Positions 17,885-27,555 of a stretch of DNA of 64,000 bases are shown one piece after another. Each line of letters starts with the position of its first letter. Within the stretch, counting starts at the first letter, position 1. Under the pieces are notes generated by a model. The model made no database searches. It saw only the letters and a list, made by a program, of their open reading frames with translations, and was not told where the DNA came from. The translations under genes and the position numbers were made by a program. The DNA lies in sequence record MN988561.1; one strand, written 5' to 3'.

Positions 17885-19541
17885 TGAGTACGCTGAATAC
17901 AGATGGCTCAACGAGATAGGATACGAATTCCTATCTCGTGACTATCTGCTTGAGAATGAAACATGGGACGACAAGGTAAATGTTATCGTAGGTCGTGCTG
18001 CTGAAATCCTAGGTGATAAGGTACCCGACTTCTTCGAGAAGTTTAAGGGATATTATCAGAAGGGATACTATTCTTGGTCCAGTCCGATTATCTCGAACTT
18101 TGGGACCTCCAGAGGTCTTCCGATTAGCTGCTTCGGTAGTTATATTGAAGACTCAATGGAATCGATTCTGTACACGTTTGCAGAAGTAGGAATGATGTCT
18201 AAGATTGGTGGAGGTACGTCTGGTACCTTTGACCAACTTAGACATAAGGGTGCTGAGATCCGTGGAAACGGTAAGAGCTCAGGTCCAGTTCACTTTATGA
18301 GACTGTTTGATACGAATATCAATGTTGTCAGTCAAGGTAAGACTCGTAGAGGTAGCTTTGCTGCTTATATGAGTGTTGCTCATCCAGACATTATGGAACA
18401 TCTCACTCTACGTAGTGAAGGCAGTCCAATTCAAGATCTTTCATTCGGTGTCACTATTCCTGAAGGATGGATGCAGTCCATGCTTGATGGTGACAAGGAT
18501 AAGAGAAAGATCTGGGCTCGTATCCTAGAGGTACGTGCAAATACTGGTTATCCTTACATCATGTTCTTGGATAACGTTCAGAACGGTCGACCAGACGTTT
18601 ACAAAGATTACGATATGAGAATCACTCATTCGAATCTATGTTCTGAGATCATGCTTCCAGATAGTCCAGATGAGTCATTCGTCTGTGATCTATCTTCGAT
18701 GAATATTCTTTACTACGATGAGTGGAAAGATACTGATGCAGTTGAGTATCTGACTTACTTCCTCGATGCAGTTATGACTGACTTCATCGAGAAAGCCAGA
18801 AATATTAAGTTCATGGAACGTGCAGTAAGATTTGCTGAACGTCATCGTGCTCTAGGTATTGGTCAGTTCGGATGGCATAGCTATCTTCAGAGCAAGATGA
18901 TTCCATATGAATCTATTGAAGCTAAGATGCATGTCATTCAGATCGCTCGTAGAATCAAGGAGAAGGCTTATGCAGGATCAGCTAATCTAGCCACATGGTT
19001 CGGTGAGCCTGAACTCCTTAAGGGATATGGTCGACGTAACACTACGCTGATCGCTATTGCTCCTACGAAGTCCTCAGCATTCATCCATGGTCAAGCATCA
19101 GAAGGTATTGAACCTTATCAATCCAATGCTTATATTAAGGATCTTCAGAAGGGTAAGTATACCTTTAAGAATCCTTATCTGAAGAAGTTACTAGCTGAGA
19201 AGGGATACGATAACGATCAGGTTTGGTCAGGTATCCTCAAGAATCGTGGATCTGTCCAGAATCTAGAGTTCTTGACTCCAGAAGAGAAGAGTGTCTTCAA
19301 GACATTCTCTGAAATCTCTGCTCGTGATGTTATCATCATGGTAGCTCAACGTCAGAAGTATGTTGATCAAGGTCAGTCTACGAACATCATGATCCATCCT
19401 AAGACTCCAATCAAGGATGTTCATGAACTGTATGTTGAAGGATGGAAGCTTGGTATCAAGTCATTCTATTATCAGTACAGTATCAATGCTGCTCAGGAAT
19501 TCTCGAGAGATCTGGTTATCTGCTCGAGTTGTGAGGGTTAA
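17877..19541 (+). CDS. nrdA: Class I ribonucleotide reductase alpha subunit (no ATP cone)
   Basis: PISCF, SNLCSEI, VCDLSS, IAPTKSSA, KSFYY; C-terminal CSSCEG. Confidence 0.95.
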   Translation: MTNEYAEYRWLNEIGYEFLSRDYLLENETWDDKVNVIVGRAAEILGDKVPDFFEKFKGYYQKGYYSWSSPIISNFGTSRGLPISCFGSYIEDSMESILYTFAEVGMMSKIGGGTSGTFDQLRHKGAEIRGNGKSSGPVHFMRLFDTNINVVSQGKTRRGSFAAYMSVAHPDIMEHLTLRSEGSPIQDLSFGVTIPEGWMQSMLDGDKDKRKIWARILEVRANTGYPYIMFLDNVQNGRPDVYKDYDMRITHSNLCSEIMLPDSPDESFVCDLSSMNILYYDEWKDTDAVEYLTYFLDAVMTDFIEKARNIKFMERAVRFAERHRALGIGQFGWHSYLQSKMIPYESIEAKMHVIQIARRIKEKAYAGSANLATWFGEPELLKGYGRRNTTLIAIAPTKSSAFIHGQASEGIEPYQSNAYIKDLQKGKYTFKNPYLKKLLAEKGYDNDQVWSGILKNRGSVQNLEFLTPEEKSVFKTFSEISARDVIIMVAQRQKYVDQGQSTNIMIHPKTPIKDVHELYVEGWKLGIKSFYYQYSINAAQEFSRDLVICSSCEG

Positions 19542-19804
19542 TGAATAAGCTCGACTATTGTCACGATTGTGCGAGAGCTCATCTACAATCAGTAGTCGAG
19601 CGTATTGCTATTAAGAAGAATCTGAAATTAGAAGTAATAAATGCAGGCATACCTTGGCAGACTTTCATTGTTATGAATCGAGATAGTCAGTACTGGGTTC
19701 AGATTGACATGAAAATCGATCAGATCTCTTATCATGACATCAAAGAAGACTTAATGTTTTCGTATGTGGACCTAGATGCAACCTTAAGTGAGATTCTTAA
19801 ATGA
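19541..19804 (+). CDS. Hypothetical protein
   Basis: 87 aa coupled ORF with CHDC. Confidence 0.6.
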   Translation: MNKLDYCHDCARAHLQSVVERIAIKKNLKLEVINAGIPWQTFIVMNRDSQYWVQIDMKIDQISYHDIKEDLMFSYVDLDATLSEILK

Positions 19805-20259
19805 AAATCCGGACATCTCTTTCAATCCTGTTACTATCTTCATCCGTTGCATATGCTGATCCTAAGGTCAGTGAAGTTGATAAGATGACTCATGTCCCTT
19901 CATGGAAGATTCTGAGAGTTGTAGATGGAGATACTGTCAAGGTTATTCTTCCAGAGTCTCCAGATATTCCTGCACAGCTTCGAGAGATGAGCATTCGTAT
20001 CTACGGTGTAGATACTCCTGAGAAGGGTGGTCGTGCTAAATGTGCTCAAGAAGCTGCACTAGGTCGTAAGTCTACACAATTCGCTAAAGATATCGTCGAC
20101 CCTAGTTCTGCACAGATCTATGTTCTTCAACATGATAAATTCGGTGGAAGAGTAGATGGAGATATCGTAGTTAATGGAGTACCATTGTCCAAGATTCTTA
20201 TTGACAATGGATTAGCTCATGAATACTACGGTGATACCAAGAAGTCCTGGTGTGATTGA
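19801..20259 (+). CDS. Thermonuclease (SNase) family protein with signal peptide
   Basis: VVDGDTV, IRIYGVDTPE, DKFGGR; N-terminal LLLSSSVAYA signal-like sequence. Confidence 0.88.
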   Translation: MKIRTSLSILLLSSSVAYADPKVSEVDKMTHVPSWKILRVVDGDTVKVILPESPDIPAQLREMSIRIYGVDTPEKGGRAKCAQEAALGRKSTQFAKDIVDPSSAQIYVLQHDKFGGRVDGDIVVNGVPLSKILIDNGLAHEYYGDTKKSWCD

Positions 20260-20286
20260 ACGAATTTGAGGTCCTAAAGCCTTCCT
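20260..20286 (+). promoter_or_regulatory. Putative phage promoter, class 1
   Basis: ACGAA-N13-AGCCTTCCT. Confidence 0.75.
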
Positions 20287-20316
20287 TGTCAGGTCGGTTT
20301 TAGGACCTTTTATTTT
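20269..20316 (+). terminator. Rho-independent terminator overlapping the promoter motif
   Basis: AGGTCCTAAAGCC...GGTTTTAGGACCT followed by TTTATTTT. Confidence 0.65.
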
Positions 20317-20327
20317 AGAGGTTAGCT

Positions 20328-20690
20328 ATGGAATTCGGATTACTTCTATTTAAGCTACTCGTAGGTCATGCTATATGGGACTATCCTGGACAAGGATTTC
20401 TAGCCGATCTCAAGAATTGTAATAAAGACTGTAAGTCTCTTTTGAAGAGCAACTTCGCAGTTGATAAGCATGCATGGATGTTCGGACTATTCTTCCATGT
20501 CCTACTTCATTGTGGAGCAGTTGCTTTTATTACTCAATCTGTCACTGCTACTATACTAGAATTCGTAGTGCATATTATTACGGATCACGTTAAATGTAAG
20601 GATAAGATCTCGTTTGTAACGGATCAGATTATTCATATCCTCACTAAAGTAGTTATCTGCATTATTGTACTCCACGGAGGATTTCCATGA
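20328..20690 (+). CDS. DUF3307-like membrane protein
   Basis: GHAIWDYPGQ, HVLLH, HIITD..K, DQIIH pattern in hydrophobic helices. Confidence 0.75.
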   Translation: MEFGLLLFKLLVGHAIWDYPGQGFLADLKNCNKDCKSLLKSNFAVDKHAWMFGLFFHVLLHCGAVAFITQSVTATILEFVVHIITDHVKCKDKISFVTDQIIHILTKVVICIIVLHGGFP

Positions 20691-20857
20691 GTAGAGCAGA
20701 CGATATTATTAACATTGTAAATTATATTACTCATGAAGATTCGATCCACAAGAAGGCTGCTCAGGCAGCTGACAAGATTAAATCTGATCGTAAATCTGCA
20801 TGGGATAAAGATCTTGAACGTCTGAAAGACTCAGGATCTACAGGTACCAAATATTAA
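20687..20857 (+). CDS. Small charged protein (56 aa), not in ORF track
   Basis: GGAGG RBS; MSRADDIINIVNYITHEDSIHKKAAQ...GTKY*. Confidence 0.7.
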   Translation: MSRADDIINIVNYITHEDSIHKKAAQAADKIKSDRKSAWDKDLERLKDSGSTGTKY

Positions 20858-20866
20858 GAGAAATCA

Positions 20867-21049
20867 ATGACCACAGCTTCAAGTCTAGAAGATATTGTCT
20901 ATAGTATCAACAAAGTCTTGAGTTCTCCTATCGAATCGAGTGTTGCTCCTAGAATAACGAGCACTCTGTCTTCTTTACTGAAGCTACAAGAGTCTCATAT
21001 GAAAACTCTCAAGGATATTAAATCCAAGATGGAAAGCTCAGAGAGTTAA
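20867..21049 (+). CDS. Hypothetical protein
   Basis: 60 aa ORF. Confidence 0.6.
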   Translation: MTTASSLEDIVYSINKVLSSPIESSVAPRITSTLSSLLKLQESHMKTLKDIKSKMESSES

Positions 21050-21051
21050 CC

Positions 21052-21294
21052 ATGAGAAAAACATTGACTGATATTCCTATTCCTGCAGAGCGTAGATGTG
21101 CGACTCTGAAGGTAGTTACTAAAGTCCCTACTAAATACATCTTGATCGACTCTGAGACAGGTCATGTTTACAGAGGAAATTCTTCTCACGATCAAGAGAT
21201 TCATGGATATGATTGGAGATCACATAAAGTTGATCGAGATTTAGTACAGAAGGTGATCTCAGAAGTCATCAAAGAAGAAGAGAATGTACTGTAA
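21052..21294 (+). CDS. Hypothetical protein
   Basis: 80 aa ORF. Confidence 0.65.
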   Translation: MRKTLTDIPIPAERRCATLKVVTKVPTKYILIDSETGHVYRGNSSHDQEIHGYDWRSHKVDRDLVQKVISEVIKEEENVL

Positions 21295-21721
21295 TCATTT
21301 CAAGAATCCTATCACCTGCTTGCAATGTACTCCTGAAGAACGTGATCAAGCAGTGGAAGTTGCTAAACAATTAATTAGATCAAGACCTGTAGTCTCTGAA
21401 ATTCAAGAGTCTGAGGTACTTGATAAAATCGAACCTGTAGTTATTGTTGAAGAACCTGAGTCTCTGACTCCGCAGAATGAAACGATACCATTAAATATCG
21501 TAATTTCACCTGCACCACTTCCCGTAGATAAGAATCCTGTCATGTCTGAGAATACAATTACTGTTAATCTTGAGACTGTAACTGGAGAATCCATCAGATT
21601 CGAGTGTTCTGTATGTGAAGATACTCAAGATCTGTTGTCAGCAATATCTCGTAACATTAGTGCTAAGAATCCATCTCTCAAGAAGATGGTTATTCATAAT
21701 CCTCGGAAAAATTCTGTATGA
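21284..21721 (+). CDS. Hypothetical protein
   Basis: 145 aa; N-terminal CxHx5CxxC. Confidence 0.65.
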   Translation: MYCNHFKNPITCLQCTPEERDQAVEVAKQLIRSRPVVSEIQESEVLDKIEPVVIVEEPESLTPQNETIPLNIVISPAPLPVDKNPVMSENTITVNLETVTGESIRFECSVCEDTQDLLSAISRNISAKNPSLKKMVIHNPRKNSV

Positions 21722-22053
21722 ACATTTCTAATCTAGAAGGTACTCTCTTAGTAAATGCTAAAGAGATAACTATGATTAAAGGATCTAAAGGATCTGGAAA
21801 ATCTCACTGTGCCCATCTCCTCTTCAAAGATGCTACGGATAAGTGGGAATCTGTGCTACTTATCGATGGTCCTAATAGTAAGCAACACATTCAAGTCAAT
21901 CAGACTACTCGTGTTATTGACGTGGCTGCAGCTACTGTTGGTAGATCTTATGACAAAGTCATCTATGTCGATAATGATGAGAAGGACTTTAAAGTCGTCT
22001 CACTTAATAGTGATCTCAGAATCCGTCAAATCAGTGTCGGAGACGTCGACTAA
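21718..22053 (+). CDS. Hypothetical protein with P-loop-like motif
   Basis: GSKGSGKS at the N-terminus. Confidence 0.55.
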   Translation: MNISNLEGTLLVNAKEITMIKGSKGSGKSHCAHLLFKDATDKWESVLLIDGPNSKQHIQVNQTTRVIDVAAATVGRSYDKVIYVDNDEKDFKVVSLNSDLRIRQISVGDVD

Positions 22054-22054
22054 C

Positions 22055-22450
22055 ATGATTAATTTGAATAAAGTAAGTACTCCGATTTGCAAGAGTGGAT
22101 TTGAGATTATAATTCACTCGGATTCTCTGAGTAAACGAGAACGTGAAGCAGTAGCACTGAGTCTACTCAAACAGGTCAAAAGACTTGATAAACGTACTCG
22201 TGTTGAGACGATCGAGCTTCAATTCGCTGAGATGCTTCATCCGAACATCTACGAGTGTTTGAAGACTCTAGTCCTAGATTCTACAGGTAGTATTGAATAT
22301 TTTGATTCTGACCGTGTAGGAGATATCGATCGTTTGACTTGTGACTTGTACAAGTTTAATGATTTCGATGATGTCACTATGATTTCTCGTCGTGATGTTG
22401 AATGTGATGATGTAGCAACTATTGTTTTAACTATGAAAGTGAATGTATAA
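22055..22450 (+). CDS. Hypothetical protein
   Basis: ATG at 22055; start moved from 21809. Confidence 0.65.
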   Translation: MINLNKVSTPICKSGFEIIIHSDSLSKREREAVALSLLKQVKRLDKRTRVETIELQFAEMLHPNIYECLKTLVLDSTGSIEYFDSDRVGDIDRLTCDLYKFNDFDDVTMISRRDVECDDVATIVLTMKVNV

Positions 22451-22566
22451 TGGGTAGTCCCGCACGTATTCTTAATGAAGTAGTCGCTGATTCTTCCAAG
22501 GATCGTAAGCTTAATGAGTCTCCTGAGAAGAAGGCTGAGAAGAAATCACATGAAGTTGGTATTTGA
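22450..22566 (+). CDS. Small charged protein (38 aa), not in ORF track
   Basis: TAATG coupling; MGSPARILNEVVADSSKDRKLNESPEKKAEKKSHEVGI*. Confidence 0.55.
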   Translation: MGSPARILNEVVADSSKDRKLNESPEKKAEKKSHEVGI

Positions 22567-22879
22567 TCGAGATAATCCAAACAATATGAGTGTTGGAGGT
22601 ACGATTACTGTCGAGCCTTCATTCTCTTCTATGTATCCTCCATACAACATTCCATCTACTAGTCCATATATTAAACCATATGATCTGACTCCTATGAGTC
22701 CGAATGTAGCTCCAATTCCATCATTCACACCTGCTACTACCATTCCAGGTATTGGAGTGTATTATACCAAGCGTGAAGATATCTTCTTTAAGATTCTGAA
22801 CTTGCCTCGATTTGATGATAAGTCAATCGAAGAAGTATGGGAAGCATCTGGGAAAATGGAGCAGATGTTTAAATCTTAA
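22550..22879 (+). CDS. Pro-rich hypothetical protein
   Basis: ATG at 22550. Confidence 0.6.
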   Translation: MKLVFDRDNPNNMSVGGTITVEPSFSSMYPPYNIPSTSPYIKPYDLTPMSPNVAPIPSFTPATTIPGIGVYYTKREDIFFKILNLPRFDDKSIEEVWEASGKMEQMFKS

Positions 22880-22889
22880 GGAGAATTCC

Positions 22890-24383
22890 ATGAGTCAGGT
22901 GAGCACCATCAAGTTGGAGTTTGCTGATTTCTACAAGATCGCTCTATCATCTGACAGTCAATTTATTCTTGATTATTTCAGGAAATCTCTTTCAACTGAG
23001 TATGAAACATCTTATACTATTAACCTTAGAGGTGGTGGTAAAAAGAAGATAACTCAGAAGAAGGATATGAAAATCTATCAAGATCTGAAGTCATGCTTGC
23101 TAATCGATGCTGGTCTTGTGGACTACATCATAGCAAGCATTTCTACTCTATTGCGAGAGAACGGACCTGAGAATTTCAAGATTGAATCCTTGTTACCTAA
23201 GATCCAACCTCTCGTACTGAGTGAGAAGTGGTTTAAGATTTTTAATAGTCATCCTCGTGGTGAAGAATTTGCTAAGAATCAGTTAACTGATTTTCCTAAG
23301 ATCACTTCTTCATTCGGCGGTACTGCAGAACTATTTACAGGATACGGTAAGACAGAATTGCAATTATCTATTGCTGAATGTTTTACTGAACAATATCCAG
23401 GTAATGTCCTTATTCTTGCTCCAGATAATGCGATTAAAGATGAAATCTATCTTCGATCTAAAAGATGGGAAGTTGATGTCGGAGATCGTGATTGGAGTAA
23501 AAGGATCAATGTAATCAATCCTGTAGGATTCATGAGATCCAAGGCATTGAGTAGTGAATCGAGAGAGTGGCACTCTGACGTCAAGATGGTTTTAACTGAT
23601 GAGTCTCATCACTTAACTGCAGAATCTTGGCATAAGATCTTTGGATTAATTTGTCATCTTGATAGATCATACGGCTTCTCCGCATCTGTTGACGTTGGTG
23701 AAGGTCAGATTATGCTACCAGGTAGTACTACTCTGAAGAGTCTAGGACCTCGAAATATGAAGATCGTAGGTTTGTCAGGTAGTCTTAAGGTACGTCGTAG
23801 ACTTCCAGTTCCGGTATCTGTTCTTAGAGTTTATCATCGTGTAGCTGATCCTACAAAATGTAGAGATCAAGACGGTTGGATGATCGCTTATGATCAAACA
23901 ATTACGCAGATGAAATTTGCTGCAGATATGTTGAATACAATGGTAGAAACGGATCGAATATTCTTCGTTCCGATTTATAAGAAGGAATCAGGATTCCAAT
24001 TGTACAAGAATTTGATCTCGTTAGGGTCAAGTTCGATCTTTTGGACTTCAGATGAACTTCATGTTAATGGTGAGAAAGTCACCACGGACAACCCTCTTGC
24101 ATACGTTAAAGAATTTATGCGTAAAACTCCTGCAAGAACTCTAATATCGACACGATTTGAAGGTATCGATATTCCTAATCTTGACGGGATTGTACCACTT
24201 ACAGGTACGAGTCATCGAATGACGATTCAGCCTGTAGGACGATCAGCACGTAATCAAGACGTGTTGGTTATTTTAATGTATGACAAGAATAATCCTATTG
24301 TTATGTATCAATCTAAAATACGCAGAAATAGAATCGAGAATGAATATAACATCGTGAGTTCGCGATCTAGAACAATTGATTAA
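22890..24383 (+). CDS. SF2 DExH helicase (UvsW-like)
   Basis: TGYGKT, LTDESHH, GFSAS, QPVGRSAR; AAGGAG RBS before ATG 22890. Confidence 0.85.
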   Translation: MSQVSTIKLEFADFYKIALSSDSQFILDYFRKSLSTEYETSYTINLRGGGKKKITQKKDMKIYQDLKSCLLIDAGLVDYIIASISTLLRENGPENFKIESLLPKIQPLVLSEKWFKIFNSHPRGEEFAKNQLTDFPKITSSFGGTAELFTGYGKTELQLSIAECFTEQYPGNVLILAPDNAIKDEIYLRSKRWEVDVGDRDWSKRINVINPVGFMRSKALSSESREWHSDVKMVLTDESHHLTAESWHKIFGLICHLDRSYGFSASVDVGEGQIMLPGSTTLKSLGPRNMKIVGLSGSLKVRRRLPVPVSVLRVYHRVADPTKCRDQDGWMIAYDQTITQMKFAADMLNTMVETDRIFFVPIYKKESGFQLYKNLISLGSSSIFWTSDELHVNGEKVTTDNPLAYVKEFMRKTPARTLISTRFEGIDIPNLDGIVPLTGTSHRMTIQPVGRSARNQDVLVILMYDKNNPIVMYQSKIRRNRIENEYNIVSSRSRTID

Positions 24384-24410
24384 CCTCTAGAGAGGTTAAT
24401 AAGCCTTCCT
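24384..24410 (+). promoter_or_regulatory. Putative phage promoter, class 1 (upstream block degenerate)
   Basis: CCTCT-N13-AGCCTTCCT; preceded by the palindrome TAACCTCT-AG-AGAGGTTA. Confidence 0.55.
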
Positions 24411-24471
24411 TATTGAGGAGGATTTCTTAGATATCCCTATCAATTAGAAATTTTAAGTTGACGAGAATTAA

Positions 24472-25716
24472 ATGTCTGAAATAACTTTTGCATGCGCACT
24501 ATCCAATCCTACCGTACGTTCAGCAATTAGAGGTCACGTATCGGAACTGAATTGGAAATCTAAGCTTGCACAACAGATTGTAAATTTCTTTCTGAGTAAG
24601 ACTGAAGCTAATGTTAATCCAGGATCTTTGAGAGCATTTCTAGGAAATGTATGTTTGGAGAATGAGATTGATAATCTTCTTGTCAAGATGAAGGATTATA
24701 TGGATGCAGGAGAGAATGTCAATGACATCTTGCAATCCTTCGGAGACTTCTATGCTAATAAGAGACTCACAGAGATTCTTGAAAGTAACAGAGGTACTGG
24801 TGCATCTGAAATCATTAAACGTGTTAATGAGATTAAGAAGATCGAATCATTCTCGACTCCAATTGATTGTCTAGGTGAACTAGATATCGATAAAGTTATG
24901 GAGGCAGAACTAGGTGGAACAGCAATCCTACCTAGTAAGTTCGATCTGATTAAAAGAGCTACGCCATGGGCTGGATATCTTCGTGGTCAGGTAGTTCAGG
25001 TAGTTGCACCTCCAGGCGTTGGTAAGTCACTATTCCTAGCAAATGAGTCAGTCGAAATGGCTCGAGCTGGTGCAGAAGGTTACTTCGTAGCACTAGGTGA
25101 TATGATGAAAATCGACTTCATTGTCCGATTTACTTCAATCGTTACAGGAGTAGATTATTATGACGTATCACTTGCTCCAAAGAAATATTATAGTGATGAA
25201 GTTAAGAATCTTCTGAAGAAGCTTCGAATCACAGTTCTACCTTCAGGTCAAATTGATCCTGTAGCACTAGGTGAATTTATTGAGAATAAAGTCCAGCCAG
25301 CTAAATCACTGGACTATGTATGTGTTGACTACGATTCTAACTTTGCGAAGACAAGCGATAGTATGTATGAAGAAGGTGGTATTGTTTACGATTCACTTTC
25401 TCGTATCTCTCGTCCTATGCATGCTCCGTATCGTCTAGTATTCGTAGCATCTCAGCCTAAGACTGCATTCTGGAATAATGAAGAACTTCCAATGGAGTGT
25501 GCAGCTGAATCATCTCGTAAGCAAGCCATTATCGACTTGCAAATCACGATTGGTAGATCTCCTCAGATTAAGCAGTGTAAAGCTGGTGTTATGAAGGTAG
25601 GTAAGGCTCGTCGTGGTAAGGTGAATGAGAAGTCCTGGTATAAAGTTGAAGACTGTGGACGTCTCAAAGAAATTGAACAATCAGATTACGCTCTCTTGAA
25701 GTCTCATGAGGGTTGA
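24472..25716 (+). CDS. dnaB: DnaB/gp41-type replicative helicase
   Basis: APPGVGKS, VCVDY, VASQP, AAESSRKQAIID, GKARRG. Confidence 0.8.
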   Translation: MSEITFACALSNPTVRSAIRGHVSELNWKSKLAQQIVNFFLSKTEANVNPGSLRAFLGNVCLENEIDNLLVKMKDYMDAGENVNDILQSFGDFYANKRLTEILESNRGTGASEIIKRVNEIKKIESFSTPIDCLGELDIDKVMEAELGGTAILPSKFDLIKRATPWAGYLRGQVVQVVAPPGVGKSLFLANESVEMARAGAEGYFVALGDMMKIDFIVRFTSIVTGVDYYDVSLAPKKYYSDEVKNLLKKLRITVLPSGQIDPVALGEFIENKVQPAKSLDYVCVDYDSNFAKTSDSMYEEGGIVYDSLSRISRPMHAPYRLVFVASQPKTAFWNNEELPMECAAESSRKQAIIDLQITIGRSPQIKQCKAGVMKVGKARRGKVNEKSWYKVEDCGRLKEIEQSDYALLKSHEG

Positions 25717-25749
25717 TATTAATAACCGCCATAATTTATTCCATCTTAG

Positions 25750-26199
25750 ATGAATGTGGAAATTTTATGGAATAAGCATTTGAGTGAATGGATTGAATTT
25801 GAAGGGATGATCCGATTTAAAACTAGGAGCATCCCCTCTGAAAATGATTTGTATAAACCTAATTATCGTAGCAAGCATATGTACAAGAATCCTGAGATCG
25901 GTGGATATCAGGATGACTTTATCGAGCTTGGTAAGAAGACAGATTTAATTAAAGTAAGAGATTACGTTGACAAGTGGAGTGAGATTCGAGTTGAATTTCA
26001 CTTCTACTTGCGATCTAATAGAAAGATTTGGGGTCTCGATGTAACTAATATGGTTAAGGCAACGGAAGATGCTCTTAAAGATATTACTAAAATTGATGAC
26101 TCGAAGCATAAATCTGTAACATCTGAAAAGTATGAATCTGAAGACGAATACGAGTCTGTGAAAGTCGTATATCGAATGAAGTTAAAAGATGAAGCATAA
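25750..26199 (+). CDS. rusA: RusA-family Holliday junction resolvase
   Basis: IPSEN, DVTNMVKATEDAL...IDDS. Confidence 0.8.
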   Translation: MNVEILWNKHLSEWIEFEGMIRFKTRSIPSENDLYKPNYRSKHMYKNPEIGGYQDDFIELGKKTDLIKVRDYVDKWSEIRVEFHFYLRSNRKIWGLDVTNMVKATEDALKDITKIDDSKHKSVTSEKYESEDEYESVKVVYRMKLKDEA

Positions 26200-27469
26200 T
26201 CTTTCTACATTAAAAACACTTTATAGTATCGACAAGAAGTCAGCAGCATCATTAATGGCGATGTTGTGCAGTTTAAATGAAGGTGAGGAGTTCCACTCTA
26301 ATCTTGGTCGTATCAAGAAAGACGGTGAGAATTCCTTCAAGATTATATTTAACAACAATACGATTAATAATATCGAGCTCGTAGTAATTTATCGTCAGAC
26401 GAAGAGTTCTACTGATCTAAAGAATTTGTTAGATACAACAATTCTACTAGTGAAGTCTGTAAGAATTATCATATTGAATCTTCGTAATGTGAGCAATGAA
26501 GATTTTGATCAGGATGTATGTCTTGATTTTATCTCCATGATTCTTACAGGACGAGACATTCAAAATCCTACCTATAAAATCAAGTCGATCATCGAGTTCA
26601 GGATTAGAAATAATTCTCGGACGTATCGACTTGATGACGGTGACATGGACGTACTTGAAGATATGGAATCTTCAGACTATGTCGACAATCGTCTATTGAT
26701 CGATGAGATTATTAGACGAGAGACTGAAGGACTACCAGACCGTGTTGTAGTGCAGATTCTTTATTATGTATCTAATCCTGCCTACATTAAGAACTATATA
26801 AAAATGGCTCCTGAGTGTCCTGAGAAATATGTTATTGTTCTCAAGACGTATTACATTCGAAGAAAGATCATGGACGATAAGTCTAAAGAACTAAACATTA
26901 CAGTATCAAAGGATAGAGTTGCTAATCTACTTTTGATGTCAGGCTTGTACAATACCAGCCCACCAGCCTTCGTGCTACTTTCACTGATGAAAGATTTTAA
27001 GAATCTTCTTCAATTCCTAGTCTTGTTCGAAGGTCAATCTATCAAAATACCTACTATTGAGCAGATTAATCATATCTTCTCGGATAGTAGTCATGTCTCG
27101 ACAGCATTCGAGAATGATACATTGACGATCAATAACAAAGAGATGCTCGCATCACTTGTTACAGATACAGATCTTTCTCAGATCGACGCAGATACTAAAT
27201 TGAATAGGTTCATTGATGAATATCTATCTGAGCTTATCAACGTAGCTACTAAGAACTACGATGTGATTCAGACTAGACTTCTCAAGAATATCGACTACAC
27301 TGATACCAAGCGTGTCAGTGAAGCTTACAAGATTATCAATCAAGAGATGACTGCTCAGATTAAGTTGATGGGAGAAATCGTATCAACTCTTAGTACGATC
27401 AAAGATATCAGATCTGCGATTGAGATGATCAAATCAAACAAAGAAGATAATTCTTCTAATAGTGTTTAG
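26189..27469 (+). CDS. Putative transcription regulator (sigma-region-2-like and Mor-like segments)
   Basis: EDFDQDVCLDFI...NPTYKIKSIIEFRIRNNSR resembles sigma region 2; FLVLFEGQSIKIPT resembles Mor FGG..IYIP. CDS is solid, function is tentative. Confidence 0.4.
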   Translation: MKHNLSTLKTLYSIDKKSAASLMAMLCSLNEGEEFHSNLGRIKKDGENSFKIIFNNNTINNIELVVIYRQTKSSTDLKNLLDTTILLVKSVRIIILNLRNVSNEDFDQDVCLDFISMILTGRDIQNPTYKIKSIIEFRIRNNSRTYRLDDGDMDVLEDMESSDYVDNRLLIDEIIRRETEGLPDRVVVQILYYVSNPAYIKNYIKMAPECPEKYVIVLKTYYIRRKIMDDKSKELNITVSKDRVANLLLMSGLYNTSPPAFVLLSLMKDFKNLLQFLVLFEGQSIKIPTIEQINHIFSDSSHVSTAFENDTLTINNKEMLASLVTDTDLSQIDADTKLNRFIDEYLSELINVATKNYDVIQTRLLKNIDYTDTKRVSEAYKIINQEMTAQIKLMGEIVSTLSTIKDIRSAIEMIKSNKEDNSSNSV

Positions 27470-27474
27470 TTCGA

Positions 27475-27501
27475 GCGAAGTTAGGTGCGATAAACCTTCC
27501 T
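27475..27501 (+). promoter_or_regulatory. Putative phage promoter, class 1
   Basis: GCGAA-N13-AACCTTCCT. Confidence 0.7.
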
Positions 27502-27555
27502 TCTTCGTTGAGCGGATTCGAGTTATTGAATTCGTTCATTTAATGTGAGAGAAAT

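Noticed and set aside
16901-19541. Intron or intein in nrdA/nrdB
   Set aside because: Both frames are continuous and of compact length, with no intein or intron signature.
21718-22053. Calling the P-loop ORF a functional kinase
   Set aside because: Only GSKGSGKS is visible in a 111-aa protein, which is not enough to assign a family.
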